Source of the DNA: Eledone cirrhosa | Lineage: Eukaryota | DNA length: 64,000 bases | Assembly (NCBI GenBank): GCA_964016885.1 | Contig: OZ024741.1 | Location: 30,752,001 to 30,816,000, forward strand | Direction: 5' to 3' | Shown here: positions 25,330-38,588 of the stretch, piece by piece | Position numbering within the stretch: position 1 is the first letter of the stretch | How the letters are laid out: each line of letters begins with the position of its first letter | Made by a program: the position numbers and the translations under genes | Notes under the pieces: model-generated | What the model was told of the DNA's origin: nothing | What the model saw: only the letters and a program-made list of their open reading frames with translations | Database searches by the model: none

Positions 25330-26491
25330 CTAGCAGTAAAGCCCAGCGTTGCTCGGGGTCGCTCAGTAGCTGTGTTAAAGTTACAATGTTAAGTTTCTTT
25401 TTTGGCTTAAAAACTGTAGTGTCTACTGTGCAGACTTGCATGTGGTGTTTTTGATTAATATTCCCTCAACCAACAATATGCCTTATGAAGTTAAGAAAAC
25501 ATAACGATAACCCGAATTAAAGTAAATTCAGCCTTATAAGACTGTAAAATTAATTTAAACGTTTAATAGGGAAAGTTTGCTAACCGTCGTAATAAAAAAA
25601 TAAATATCAATAACTTACGAAGTAATGAACTCGCCGAACTTTTAAAGCGTTGTAGCATACAAAGGCAGTACAGTGCAAATGAAGCTATTAAACAAACTGG
25701 AGATTCCAATTCACTCTACTAAAGATTTACTTAATCGTCTGCACATTCGCTAATCGTCTGCTCATTCCATAAAAGGGAAATAATCGCCTATATCACCTCT
25801 CTGCATGACTGTCTGTCTGCACGCCTATATCACCTCTCTGCATGACTGTCTGTCTGCACGCCTATATCACCTCTCTGCACGACTGTCTGTCTGCACGACT
25901 GTCTGTCTGCACGCCTAACGAAATTTACAGATACATATATTTTAAATAAACTTATATAATGTTTGCTTTTTTTTACGAAATATTTGCTTGTTTTACGTAG
26001 TCTTTAAATAGACTTGTTTTCAAGTAAAAATATTGTTTTAAAAGGCTTTTAAATGGAAATGAAGCAAAACAGAAGCTTAGTGTTCGAACTGATGAATTTT
26101 GCAGGTCAACATTTTGCTGGCTCGACAACTGTTCGTGTATTGTGTTAATGTCATTTTAAACGCTGAGAAAGCCAGCGTAATTTTTTTTATTTTTGCCAGC
26201 GTACTTTTTTTAATTTTTGCACGCAGAAAATGTAAAGAGAACGTAAGACGCTACGCTGAATGTAAACAGAACAAAGGGAAATAACTGATCACTTACGCTC
26301 AAAAATCGATACATTATATTCGATTTCGTCAGATAGGGCGGGTCAATTTGAAATATTTTTTTTCCGATGTCTTCGCTAGGGCTCAATGTACAAGTATAGC
26401 AATTTCGGTGCAATTCCGTGAGAGATTCTAAGAGGAGATGTGTGCCAAAAATCGATAGACAGACAGACAACCTCAGTTTTATATATATAGA
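25330..26491 (-). mobile_element. Non-autonomous Helitron, ~1.16 kb
   Basis: Minus strand starts A|TCTATATATATAAAA..GTCTGTCTGTCT and ends with hairpin CCCGAGCAACGCTGGG then CTAG|T. Confidence 0.8.
25785..25916. repeat. 37-bp minisatellite, about 3.5 units, inside the Helitron
   Basis: CGCCTATATCACCTCTCTGCATGACTGTCTGTCTGCA at 25785, 25822 and 25859. Confidence 0.9.
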
Positions 26492-26599
26492 TATATACAC
26501 ACTCACACACACACACACACACACACACACATTTATTTATATATATATATATATATATAGTTATAGGAATAACCAAAGAGTTCTAGAAATACATTGTTT

Positions 26600-26650
26600 T
26601 ACTAGCTAGCAGTGTTTCATCCATACACCATGGCAGGAATCATCAGAGCC
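26600..26650 (-). ncRNA. Broken HHR-like motif
   Basis: CTGATGA-TTCC..GGAT-GAAACACT is present, but stem III and stem I do not close. Confidence 0.4.
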
Positions 26651-27565
26651 TATAAACATGAGTATGTCAGTAGTTGCATGCTCCATCGATCTGCGTCACC
26701 AAAACAAGGTTAAAGGACCAGCAGGTGGATCCCGAGTCCAGCGCTATAAGGAAAAAGACAGAATACATGATGCACATAATGTCATAAAGTGTCTTAAAAA
26801 TTAAAAAATTTTAAATTTAAAATTACACCAAAAGTGTATCACTTAAATGGTGCAATAGGTGATAAAGAGGTTGGGAGAGGGTAGCAAGGGATGAGTGAGG
26901 GTATTACTCAGCATGATCAGAAACAATAAGAAAATTATAAAAATTATTTAAAAAAGTACAAAAATACAGGAATAAGTATGGAGATAAGTATAAAAATACA
27001 AAACAAAAAAGGAACAAAAAGCCCCCCCCCCCAAAAAAAAAGACAAAGTAAAGCATATATGCATCAAGGCACAAGCAGTGCAAAAATAGGGTGTACAGGC
27101 AGATAAAGAGAGTTTGCAAGCACGAGTCTGTATGGTACATATACAGCCGGCACAGATATGAGGAATTTGAAAGCACGCCATGTCCGCAGAAACTGGCATT
27201 CCCCAAAATTTTCACGTTCGGTCGCTCAAACCAACGTGCCAGGTGAAATTCACTGTATGTCCAAGTTGGCGTTCAACAAATGTATCGCACTGCATACAAT
27301 TGTACCACAGTAAATACAAATCGTGATGGCTATCCCGTTACATATAGAGAAAAAGTGTATATAGGAAACTCCGCTTCCAGAATCACATATGGCAGAATGA
27401 GCATATATTGTTATAATATAATAGTAGGCGGGTTTATTATAGTGAGTGCAAATTTATGTAGAATATATAGATATATATAGAAGAGAGAATTATTCTATAA
27501 CGGCTCTGTAGTATACCAAGGGGAATATATCTGCATGTCTGGGCATATTGATATATTTGTCAACG

Positions 27566-27610
<45 letters not shown>

Positions 27611-27617
<7 letters not shown>

Positions 27618-28345
27618 GACGTAAAATAATTTTAAAAAAATTTTTTTTCTTACTTAAATTTTCACTCCAACTAATTAGTTTCTGCAATGGGATAAAGACA
27701 GTTACGTAATCCAACTGTCGAGAATTCATTGCGTCATCAGGAAGTCTATTCTCAGTTAAGTCTCCAGGCAATGCGCGGACACTGGCGGCTCATATAAAAA
27801 TAATAATAATTCGGTAGATCGAACAGCTTGCGAGGACTGGATTCTATGTACCGAAATTCTCACTGCTTCAAGTCAAATGGCCGATTCTAAAGAATCAATC
27901 ACGTGACACAGAGGCTAGTTAGAAGGAATGGGATGGTAAGATGACTGACGCCTACTAACACCCCAAAAAACATTTTTTTAGAAGTGGTTTTGACAAGTTT
28001 GCTCGACAAATCAGTGATTTGGAGATAAATATAGATAATTTAATATATCAACTAACATAAGCGCACAGATGCACGCCCATGCCAGCAAATACACAGGTTA
28101 TGTCATAGTACCTAGGTGGTTCAATGCAGGAGAATGCAGAACAATAATATAAAGGACGTAAAATAAAAAAATATTTTTTTAAAAAAAATTTAAAAAAAAA
28201 TGTTTTTCTTATTTTTATTTTACGTCCTTTATATTATTGTTCTGCATTCTCCTGCATTGAACCACCTAGGTACTATGACATAACCTGTGTATTTGCTGGC
28301 ATGGGCGTGCATCTGTGCGCTTATGTTAGTTGATATATTAAATTA

Positions 28346-28350
<5 letters not shown>
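27611..28350 (-). mobile_element. Non-coding PLE-type element, family F: ~537-bp unit, partial repeat and fold-back
   Basis: TATAAAGGACGTAAAATAA at 27611 and 28148; inverted arms 28030-28170 and 28211-28350; homologous to 48303-49040. Confidence 0.75.
27665..27744 (-). ncRNA. Type I HHR with long stem II, family F
   Basis: CTTC-CTGATGA-cGCAATG..GACAGTT..AACTGTC..CATTGCa-GAAA-CTAATTAG-TT-GGAG. Confidence 0.8.
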
Positions 28351-28406
<56 letters not shown>

Positions 28407-28956
28407 ATACTTGGGGAGGGTCATATTTGTGTAATATTGCCAGAATTAATAACAGAAACACTCACTGTTTGGTTGGTTTTCGCTTTTCGCTTCTGTGTCT
28501 TTTATATCGGTAATCTAATTTATTCGGTCCTCAATGTTGCCATTGACTCAACCAACGGTCAAAAATAATACAGATACAATATAGACACAAACACATATAT
28601 ATAAGTTTATCAAAGTTCTTTTGTTGCTCATCTGCAACATCGTCAGTGGTGCTATTGTTTCCTCCCGTTGCATTGTATTTTCTACGCTATCTTTATTTAG
28701 TCTGTTTATATATTTATTTATTAGTTTATTTTATTTTGTCTTCTTTGCGCATGCGTTTGCGTGTGTGTATAGTGTTTTGTTTGATGTGTGTTTGTGATTG
28801 GGTGACTGTGTATTGGTTAATGTATTCTATCTTTACTAGTGTGTGTTTATATGTGTTTGTTGTTATTGTGCTTGTGTATGTATTTATTTATTTATTTATC
28901 TATTTATTTATTTATACTTCTCTTAGGTCAGTGTTGTTTGTTTGGGTGTTGTTATT

Positions 28957-29700
28957 TCATTCATTCTTTCTGTTTAGCCTTGGCCTTCTAAGTTCTATTT
29001 CACTGGCCTCTCTGATTTGCCTATCTGCTGGGTCATTTCTATGTTTAGATATTATTCTAATTTCTATGTTGTCTATGTTACCGCCGTGTTGTTGTCTGGC
29101 ATGTTCGTATAGTACTGAACCGTTTTTTTGTCCTTTTAGTTCCCCCCAGTGTTGGTCTATCCTCTCTCCTATGCTACGAGCTGTCTCGCCTATGTATGTT
29201 GTTGTCATGTTTCTGCAAGTACCCTCTGTACATCTTATGCTATAGACTACGTTTCTAGTTTTACAGTTAATCCGGGGGTTTACCTTACATATGATACATT
29301 TCCTATTAGTATAGTTGGTTTTCTTAAAAGGGTAGGTTTTGCTGATGAGGGATTTTATGGTGGTTCCTGGCTTTTCTACCACCTTAATCTTTAAGTGGGT
29401 CTTTCTCAGGGCCTTTCTACACTGCTTAGCTAATTTGCCTCCAGGGGTAGCGTCCACAAACATGACACTCTGGTATCTCTGGTTGTCGCACCATGAGGTG
29501 GCTTTTCCTATCTTATGTCTAGCCCTATCTAAGCTATTCCATGATTTGCTCCTGTATAATGGGCAAATTCCTTTCCTGTCCAGTTCTGTGAGGGTTTTAT
29601 ACTTCTCCATGGCTCCTTCGTATACTCCGACTCTGTCTCCTTCGTTGTAGCCAGAGAACTGCATGCGGTTGATGAAGTGTTGGATGTGTCTTTCCATCTC
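28957..29700 (-). pseudogene. PLE C-terminal ORF fragment: Cys-rich linker and GIY-YIG endonuclease with CCHH
   Basis: MQFSGY, PLYR, FVDATPGG.LA, CIIC..C, VVYSIRC..C, YIGETARSIGERIDQH, HARQQH, REA and LNRKNE. Confidence 0.9.
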
Positions 29701-29757
29701 CAGACTAAATAAAGATAGCGTAGAAAATACAATGCAACGACGGGAGGAAACAATAGC

Positions 29758-29799
29758 ACCACTGACGATGTTGCAGATGTGCAACGAAAGAACTTTGAT
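29758..29799 (+). ncRNA. Minimal HHR, family G
   Basis: ACCA-CTGACGA-tGTTGCA GATG TGCAAC-GAAA-GAAC-TT-TGAT. The partner at 28609-28650 has GAAA changed to AAAA. Confidence 0.65.
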
Positions 29800-30452
29800 A
29801 AACTATATATATATGTTTGTGTCTATATTGTATCTGTATTATTTTTGACCGTTGGTCAGTCAATGGCAACATTGAGGACCGAATAAATTAGATTACCGAT
29901 ATAAAAGACACAGAGGCGAAAAGCGAAAACCAACCAAACAGTGAGTGTTTCTGTTATTAATTCTGGCAATGTTACACAAATATGACCCTCCCCAAGTATA
30001 ACAATATTTGTTTCGACACACGATTTCATATCAAAAACCTCGCAAAACTAATTCATCGCCGTTCTGGCATTAGCTTGTGCCAAGCTCAAAGGTTATTGAA
30101 AGAAACTGTTTTCTGTTATATAAAAACTACAATAACAACAGAACAAATCCGCTTCTTAAAACACTGTGTTTCCTCCAAAATATATACACAACAAACATAT
30201 CAAAACAAGTAAATAATTTATTATTGAACAAAACACAAGATGAACGACTAAAACACACATCCCTACGGATTTGTTTGATGTCCAGCCACTTTTGCAGCGA
30301 TAGAAGTCTGAAAACCTTTATGACCTCAACTAAAGCTAATAGCAGTCGCCTTGTATCTGACTGACTGATGTGTCTTCATATGAGGGAACGAATTGTGTGA
30401 GAAAACATCGTTTTTTTCTCCCTCAGATCAAGAATTTGAAGACAATTCATTT

Positions 30453-30526
30453 TCACCTGATGAGATCAGTGATAATCGATCATGGTTTCACAATCGATCT
30501 GTCTCTTATTGAAACATGTGTCGTGA
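30453..30526 (+). ncRNA. Minimal HHR with long stem II, family H
   Basis: TCAC-CTGATGA-(47 nt containing TCGAT..ATCGA)-GAAAC ATGT GTC-GTGA; GUC cleavage site. Confidence 0.75.
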
Positions 30527-30567
30527 TTAAATGATTGGAATTTTACCTTGCCTTCGGATTTTCATTT

Positions 30568-30680
<113 letters not shown>

Positions 30681-32134
30681 ATATTTAGAAACACACAGAT
30701 ACATGCGGACACACACATAACTCACGGTTGGATGTGGATGCATTCATGTATATGTGTGTGTCCGCATGTATCTGTGTGTTTCTAAATATATTGTTCATAA
30801 CTCCCTCTGGTCGAGTAATCTTTGAAGTGTGGTGACTGGTGGAAAGCTGCCATTACTCATACTTCTCGCCTCCTTCACCACCTCTTCTACGGCTTCGATA
30901 TAAATACCCCGCTCCGCCTTAGTGGTATTTTCTTCGGGGTTATAAGAGGCTTAGCTCTGTTTCTCGACTGTTATATCGCGTGACTATCTCCCCCTCCGCC
31001 TATTGGGATTCTTTCTCACGTCGTGTAGACGCGTTCTTGAAGCTAGTAAAACGAGGTATCCTCTTGATAAGTCGGCAGACCTCGCAAAGACTCTATATCT
31101 TTATGATGTATTGTTTTTGTTTATGCCACGAAACTACGTAGTCGAGGAATCTAGGAGCAGTTTAGGTATGATACATTTTATTACTAATTATATCTAAATG
31201 TTTCTTCTCTCTTCATAATATATATATATATATATATATATCTTTAGGTTTGTTGGTTCACCACTGGATAGAATTCCAGTTGTCAATGTTGGTGTAATAT
31301 TGTGGATAGTACTCAACGTATTGCAGTTCATCCGTCTTCGTTTGTGTAGCTGATGGTGCGAATACGGAGTTAATTATCAATAAAAATAACAGTTAAAAGT
31401 AAAATACATAAATAAAACGTCTTCATAGCTAGGGTAGTGATGTAGTAAGACGGAAGTATATAAGAAGATATCGGAGGAATCAGTGCAAAGGGGAAATACA
31501 ATATAGATCAAGTTGTAGTAATATAATTGTTTCTACTTTAGGCACAAGGCCAGCAATTATCCAGTGCATAACTGGTACTTCAGTAAGATAATACAGGTTG
31601 TACATATAGATAAAGAGGATGGAAGAGATGGAATGGTAGCAGGTGGTACCTAGTGTACAGTTCGGGTCTCCGAATTCAGCGTGAGCCACAAAAAAGTCCT
31701 GATGTATAGAGTAGAGAATTCAGTCAATACAATACATGTTTTAGTATAATACGTAGAATTTTGTTGGAATCCGAATATTCCCAACAAGGAAGCAGCATCG
31801 GGTATGTGGTAGACAAAGCACAGAGCAGCCAAAATACGAATGGTAAGCAGATCAGTTAATTCCATGCTGGCGGTAGCTGTACACTGAAGTCAGTGCCGCT
31901 GTTCAATATTTCATTTGGAAGTGCTCAACATTATTGTAGAATTATTTCTTTAGGTTTGTTGGTTCACCACTGGATAGAATTCCAGTGGTCAATCTTGGTG
32001 TAATATTGTGGAGAGTACTCAACGTAGTGCAGTTCACCCGTCTTCGTTTGTGTAGTTGGTGGTGCGAATACGGAGTTAATTATCAATAAAAATAACAGGA
32101 GGCTGAACTGGTGTAAATCGTTGAAAGGTTTATT

Positions 32135-32192
32135 ATACTATGATCATTTCAATGACCGGCTTCCATATGAATCCGGTGATTTCATCAGGTAT
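32135..32192 (-). ncRNA. Minimal HHR, family C
   Basis: ATAC-CTGATGA-AATcACCGG..CCGGTcATT-GAAA-TGATCA-TA-GTAT. Confidence 0.87.
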
Positions 32193-32306
32193 TCGAAATA
32201 TAACGAAGACGACTGGCCGAGGTGAAGGCAACTATTGGTCAGTCGTCCTCTTTGTCTCAGATTTTTCGGACCCATGGTTTTTACATATTTCTTTGTTATA
32301 TATCCA

Positions 32307-32364
32307 ATACCTGATGAAATCACCGAATTCATATGGAAGCCGGTAATTGAAAGGATCATAGTAT
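32307..32364 (+). ncRNA. Minimal HHR, family C (stem III palindrome mutated to GGATCA)
   Basis: Same core as 32135-32192. Confidence 0.78.
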
Positions 32365-34254
32365 AATAAACCTTTCAATGATTTACACCAGTCCAGCCTC
32401 CTGTTATTTTTATCGATAATTAACTCCATATTTGCACCACCAACTACACAAACGGAGACGGGTGAACTGCACTATGTTGAGTACTATCCACAATATTACA
32501 CCAAGATTGACCATACGGAATGACCAAATCTATCCAGTGGTGAACCAACAAATCTAAAGAAATAATGCTCCAATAATGTTGAGCACTTCCAAATGTAATA
32601 TTGAACAACGGCACTGACTTCAGTGTACAGCTACCGCCAGCATGGAATTAACTGATCTGCTTACCATTCGGATTTTGGCTGCTCTGTGCTTTGTCTACCG
32701 CATACCCGATGCTGCTTCCCTGTCGGTAAAATTCGGATTCCGACAAAATTCTACGTATAATACTAAAGCATGTATTGTATTGACTGAATTCTCTACTCTA
32801 TACCTCAGGACTTTTTTGTGGCTCACACTGAATTCGGAGACCCGAACTTTACACTAGATACCACATGTTACCATTCAATCTCTTCCATCCTCTTTATCTA
32901 TATATACAACCTGTATTATCTTACTACAACTTGATCTATATTGTATTTCCCCTTTGCTCTGATTCCGCCGATATGGTCTTATATACTTCCGTCTTACTAC
33001 ATCACTACTCTAGCTAAGAAGACGTTTTATTTATGTATTTCACTTTTTACTTTTATTAGTTTTATTAGTTTATTAATGTATTTTTATCAATGTATTCTTT
33101 ATCTTTGTATTTTATCTTTGTATCCTGCTTTTATTTATATGTAACTTTTCTTACTCAGGTCTTTATGCACCTTTCATAGACCCCTACCCACCAAAGAACC
33201 ACACTACTTATAACCCGGACTAACTGGGAATTTAAAATAATTATAGTCTATTTGCACTATTTATTGGGTTTTGCTACCTTCGATTGATGTGGTAGCTTTT
33301 CCCAGCTGCGCGATGGGCGCTCGGAAAGTTCAGCCTTCATGAGTGCTTGGAAAAATAAATTTCCCCTCTTTCGGAAACGAAATTACTCAGAACGGATTAC
33401 TTTGCCCCGGGCCCAACGCGCCGCTTGTTTTGGCCGCCATAGTATACTTATCCCTATAAACTCTAGGCTTAGGCATAACTGTTAGCTGTATCATGCCTCT
33501 ACTGGCACGTAAATAAACCCCTCATGTATGAATTAATAGTGTTCGTTTGGTATTGACGATGGCCTGTCGAAATTGTAGACTTCCCGCTAGCACACCCGGG
33601 GCCTAGGGTTGCTACGTTCCTAGAGTACTCGGAAACATTAATTTCCATTTCTTTCGCTGGACGATACCACTCGAAACTGGCTGACACGTGGTTAAAAGAT
33701 GCTGGCTGGGTTTCACAATCGAGGGCTTTAATCTTTACTCAATTATCCCACCCTGATATCTTATCGAGAGTAACCTTTTCATATAAGACTATTTCTGTAA
33801 GTTCATTAAATACATTTTTTTATTTATTTTCCAATTTTCAATTTATTATATTTTAATTTAATTTCATCCTATAACTCGTAACATAAGTTTAACGTTCCAA
33901 TTTTCTGTTCACACATTAGACCATACAGACACCCATTTATGCCTTTGTTAAAATATAGATTATTTAGAATAACATTTTTCGCGGCGTTTTCTAGCTCGAC
34001 TGCAGTGTGACCCTTACGCTGACTTCTTTCTTTTTTTCTTCTTTCTTTCTTTCTTCCCCTTTTTTATTCTTTGACGGAGAAGTGGTAGTACATTATAAGC
34101 CTTCGCCCCCTCACATGCTGGTCAATAGCAGAACGAGTAGCCATCACCTTGTGGGCGACTGGCCGAGGTGAAGGCAGCTAGTTGGTCAGTCGTCCTCTTT
34201 GTCACTGATTTTTCGGACCAATGGTTTTTTACATATTCCTTTGTTATATTTCGA

Positions 34255-34312
34255 ATACCTGATGAAATCACCGGATTCATATGGAAGCCGGTCATTGAAA
34301 TGATCATAGTAT
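34255..34312 (+). ncRNA. Minimal HHR, family C
   Basis: Matches the reverse complement of 32135-32192. Confidence 0.87.
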
Positions 34313-34361
34313 AATAAATCTTTCAAGGATTTACACCAGTCCAGCCTCCTGTTATTTTTAT

Positions 34362-34422
<61 letters not shown>

Positions 34423-34425
<3 letters not shown>

Positions 34426-34688
34426 TGTTATACTTGGGGAGGGTCATATTGTTATAATAATATTGCCAGAAATAATAACAGAACACACTCACCGTTTGGT
34501 TGGTTTTCGCTTCTCTATCTTTTATATCTCCATAGTAAATTTATTTGGTAATCAATGTTTATCATTGATTGACCAACGGTTAAACATATAAATATATATA
34601 TAGTCAATCAAAGTCCTTTCGTTGTACATCTGCAACATCATCAGTGGTACAATAGGAATTCTATCCTATTGTATTGTAATGCCTATGG

Positions 34689-34700
<12 letters not shown>
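34423..34700 (-). mobile_element. Solo family G pLTR with HHR at 34607-34648
   Basis: Homologous to 28400-28704; CTGATGA-TGTTGCAGATGTACAAC-GAAA-GGAC-TT; lies between (TA)n tracts. Confidence 0.8.
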
Positions 34701-34747
<47 letters not shown>

Positions 34748-34750
34748 ATA

Positions 34751-35061
34751 AATGAAGTAATTCCGTCGGAAAAGTCCAGGAAAAAAGAGTGCTCTATGTA
34801 GGTAACAGAGCTTCATAGTTATATAATAAACAACATAAGGCAATTATTCAATTTACCAGTGGTTTCTTAAAAGCAAAAAATTTTGCTTTCAATCATCAGA
34901 ATGAAAAAATCCTGGTCTGTTTATTGAATTTGGATTTTAAAAACAAATTCAATAAACATACCAGGATTTTGTTCATTCTGATGATTGAAAGCAAAATGTT
35001 TTGCTTTTACGAAACCACTGGTAAATGGAATAATTGCCTTATGTTGTTTATTATATAACTA
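34751..35061. mobile_element. Fold-back element, family D, with HHRs at 34847-34905 (-) and 34972-35030 (+)
   Basis: Palindrome 34816-35061; TTCATT-CTGATGA-ttgAAAGCAAAA..TTTTGCTTT-GAAA-CCACTGG-TA-AATGGAA. End fragments recur at 42970-43030 and 44030-44105. Confidence 0.85.
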
Positions 35062-35069
35062 TATATATA

Positions 35070-35482
<413 letters not shown>

Positions 35483-36067
35483 ATATATATTGTCTGCGTA
35501 GTTGAAAATGTACTTGCTGTATTTTAGTAGGTTTATTTATTTTACTTCGACTGTTTCTCAATCATTACATGATGTGAATGGACGTGGTGTTGTGCCTTAC
35601 CTGTCTCTCAGAGGTGAGATAACAACGGCATTGTTCAACGTCGTTTCATTTCAATTAACACTTGAATATGAGGAAATTGTTAAATCAGTTATGTTATTGT
35701 ATGTAAAACCACTTAAAATCTCCAAATTCATTTTCAATTTCTTTCTCTATGTTTCTAACCGTGTGAGATAAACAATGTCATTTTAATTTAACTATTGTCT
35801 CGTCCGTTCGTCTTGAGGTCTTCCACACTGTCTGCTGATCGATTTGTCACTCTCTTTCTCTATAGTTTTCATTCTTTCTGTTTTTGTCTCCGGATCGGCA
35901 ACCCAGAAACCACCCCTTTCTCCATCTATAGACAAACTTTAGAAGTTGTTCTAGTAAATCAGTTTCGCGGAAACTAATATGCACCTGGAATAGCACAAGA
36001 AAACCTAATATGGAATACATACGGAAATGATTCGAAAAATGATTCAACATTAATGAAATATATATAG

Positions 36068-36256
36068 GGCGGTAGATTGGCAGTATGGGTAGAGGATCGG
36101 CGCGGTGCTTTGACGCATAGTGTTACGGCCCTTATGATTCTGAGTTCAAATCCCGCCAAGGTTAACTTTGCCTTTCATCTTTACGGGGTCGATAAAACAA
36201 AGTACCAGTAATGCACTGGTTATTTGCTGACTTTGTTCCAAAAGTAGAAACAATTA
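36068..36256 (+). mobile_element. tRNA-derived SINE with Meta-like domain
   Basis: Box A-like TGGCAGTATGG, box B GAGTTCAAATCC, CCTTTCATC..GGGGTCGATAAAA..GTACCAG; multiple copies in the window. Confidence 0.82.
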
Positions 36257-36427
36257 ATGAAATATATATTAGTGTAAAATTATCTGTTTGAGTGTATAGA
36301 AATACATGGTTGTATGAATTAATGATTTCATATAGCAATGGTGCATTTGCTGATATATTTTGAACATGGCTTGTGAAATACACAGCTGATGTCAATACAA
36401 AAATAAATGTTTACTATACGGCTATAT

Positions 36428-36790
36428 GTGAAGGTGCAAGGATTAGTAGTTACAGCATTGGGCTTGCAATTGGGAGGATGTAAGTTGGATTCTCGGAGGG
36501 TGTGATGGTTGTTTCCTTGCGCAAGACACTTTATTTCGCGTTGCTTCAGTTTACTCACCTGTAGAAATGAGTTGCAACGTTACTAGTGGCAAGCTGTATT
36601 GGAGATTGCCTTTCTCTTGGACAATATCAGTGGTATGGAAAGGCAAGGCTGGTATGATTGGGTGACTGCTGGTCTTCCACAAACAACCTTGCCCAGACTT
36701 GTGCCTCGGAAGGGAACATTCTATGTGTAAACCTCATGGTCATTTGGGACATAAGGGGTTTCTTTACCATTTACTACACGGCTAAATAAG
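36428..36790 (+). mobile_element. Second, older tRNA-derived SINE type
   Basis: Decayed tRNA-like head, then CCTTGCGCAAGACACTT..ACTCACCTGTAGAAATGAGT; related piece at ~41900-42050. Confidence 0.55.
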
Positions 36791-36893
36791 TACATGGTAA
36801 CGATACCTTTCCACTCGCTTATTTCATTAGTCATTTTACTAAAATGTTCATTCACTCTTCCTCTCAGACGCACACACATACACACACATACAA

Positions 36894-36942
<49 letters not shown>

Positions 36943-37045
36943 TAAATAATGCTTCAAATGATTTAAATTCCTCCAAAGCATTTAAATTAAAAGGATACCT
37001 TCAGGTGACTCGGCAACTTATACATACATACATACATACATACAT

Positions 37046-37109
<64 letters not shown>

Positions 37110-37519
37110 TGACCTCTACCTCACACTTCCACTCACTCACTCTCTGTTTCTCCCCTTTTCACTTCCTCCCGTTTGGCTTGTGTGTGTCTCTTCTTGCTCA
37201 CATCTCACACACATCAACACGGTCTGTACCCCTCTCGCTCATGAAATCCACTCAGCTTATGCTGACCGAACAACCATGTTGTGTGTTTATTTTGCTATCT
37301 TCGGTTTGCTTTTATCCTTCTATGTTGTTTACTTGTCCCCCTCGCCTTACGCGAATTCTGGTCCTAATAACTTTTTTTAGTTTTTGCTCGCACCAATCTG
37401 AGGTATCTGATTTTTAATGCGATGAAATACCAATGATGGTTGGCAAATCACTGACTAAAGACTATTTTTATCATATGTAACCCATGTGCAAACCACGCAG
37501 TTTTCTTCTTTCTTCTCAT

Positions 37520-37597
<78 letters not shown>

Positions 37598-37720
37598 TTT
37601 GAGTATATATTGGATGTTTACCGATACCTCAGTATGCAGATTGGAGCACTCGATGAAGTACGCAGGTTGCTTTGTTTACTCCGGAGTAATGTAAGATAAT
37701 TAAGTCAAATATGTAAAATT

Positions 37721-37993
37721 AGGCTTCGTTTATTACAAATTATAGATATACTGCTATATATATTTCGGTGACAGCCATCATTGACTGTGACCTCTTCAGG
37801 CAGTCCAAATTGGTGTGGGAAGGACAGGTTGAAGTCTGTTTCACTCCGTCAATACATCGATATGTCCAGCTCCTGGAAGTGTTGTTATTTCTCTGAGGAA
37901 CTGGAATCATATGATTACAGTTCCTAAGAGTCAATGTTGGCTGTCACCGAAATATATATAGCAGCATATCTATAATTTGTAATAAACGAAGCC
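37721..37993. mobile_element. Fold-back element, family E, with HHR at 37750-37804 (-)
   Basis: ACTGC-CTGAAGA-GGTcACAGTCA..TGGCTGTcACC-GAAA-TATATA-TA-GCAGT; arms 37721-37785 and 37929-37993. Confidence 0.85.
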
Positions 37994-38044
37994 ACATTTC
38001 TCCCAAATGAAACAGTTCTAATCATATTGAATCCTTTTCTATAT

Positions 38045-38113
<69 letters not shown>

Positions 38114-38119
<6 letters not shown>

Positions 38120-38532
38120 AGATCAAAAGATGGTTAAAGGAGTTCCATATATGTTATTATGCGCATTTCAAAAACAAACATCATCATGCAATAATATTTG
38201 CGTTTTCATCAGATAAAACAGGAGAACATGATATGAAGGCTAAAAAACACTTGTGGATAGTGCAGTTTTAAATCAACATATATGTTGATTTAAAACTGCA
38301 CTATCCACAAGTGTTTTTTAGCCTTCATATCATGTTCTCCTGTTTTATCTGATGAAAACGCAAATATTATTGCATGATGATGTTTGTTTTTGAAATGCGC
38401 ATAATAACATATATGGAACTCCTTTAACCATCTTTTGATCTTATATTATGCATACTCCAGTCCTACAAACTGTAGAGTGCTTCTTATGCGATATCTGCAT
38501 TGCTTTATTGTACTACAATAAAACTCACCTCC

Positions 38533-38537
<5 letters not shown>
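38114..38537. mobile_element. Family B fold-back element with HHRs at 38154-38216 (-) and 38345-38407 (+)
   Basis: Spacer-less ~334-bp palindrome 38114-38447 centred at 38280/38281; (TA)n on both sides. Confidence 0.9.

Positions 38538-38588
<51 letters not shown>

Larger units (their letters stand above)
28400..30006 (-). mobile_element. 5'-truncated PLE (family G) with inverted pLTRs
   Basis: Inverted arms 28400-28704 and 29701-30006 enclose a thumb/linker/GIY-YIG ORF. Confidence 0.9.
31242..34365 (+). mobile_element. Non-coding PLE/retrozyme-like element, family C
   Basis: Direct repeat 32210-32420 and 34157-34365 (~1.95 kb period); inverted arms ~31392-32205 and 32293-33055; duplicate 31242-31392 and 31947-32098; three HHRs; (TA)n at both ends. 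Confidence 0.8.

Noticed and set aside
25785-25916. 37-bp repeats as a CRISPR array
   Set aside because: Contiguous tandem units with no spacers, inside a Helitron, in eukaryotic DNA.
28400-30006. Long inverted ends as DNA-transposon TIRs
   Set aside because: The interior is GIY-YIG and the arms carry HHRs, which fits PLE inverted pLTRs.
36068-36160. tRNA gene
   Set aside because: Box A/B are present, but there is no cloverleaf and it continues into a multi-copy SINE body.
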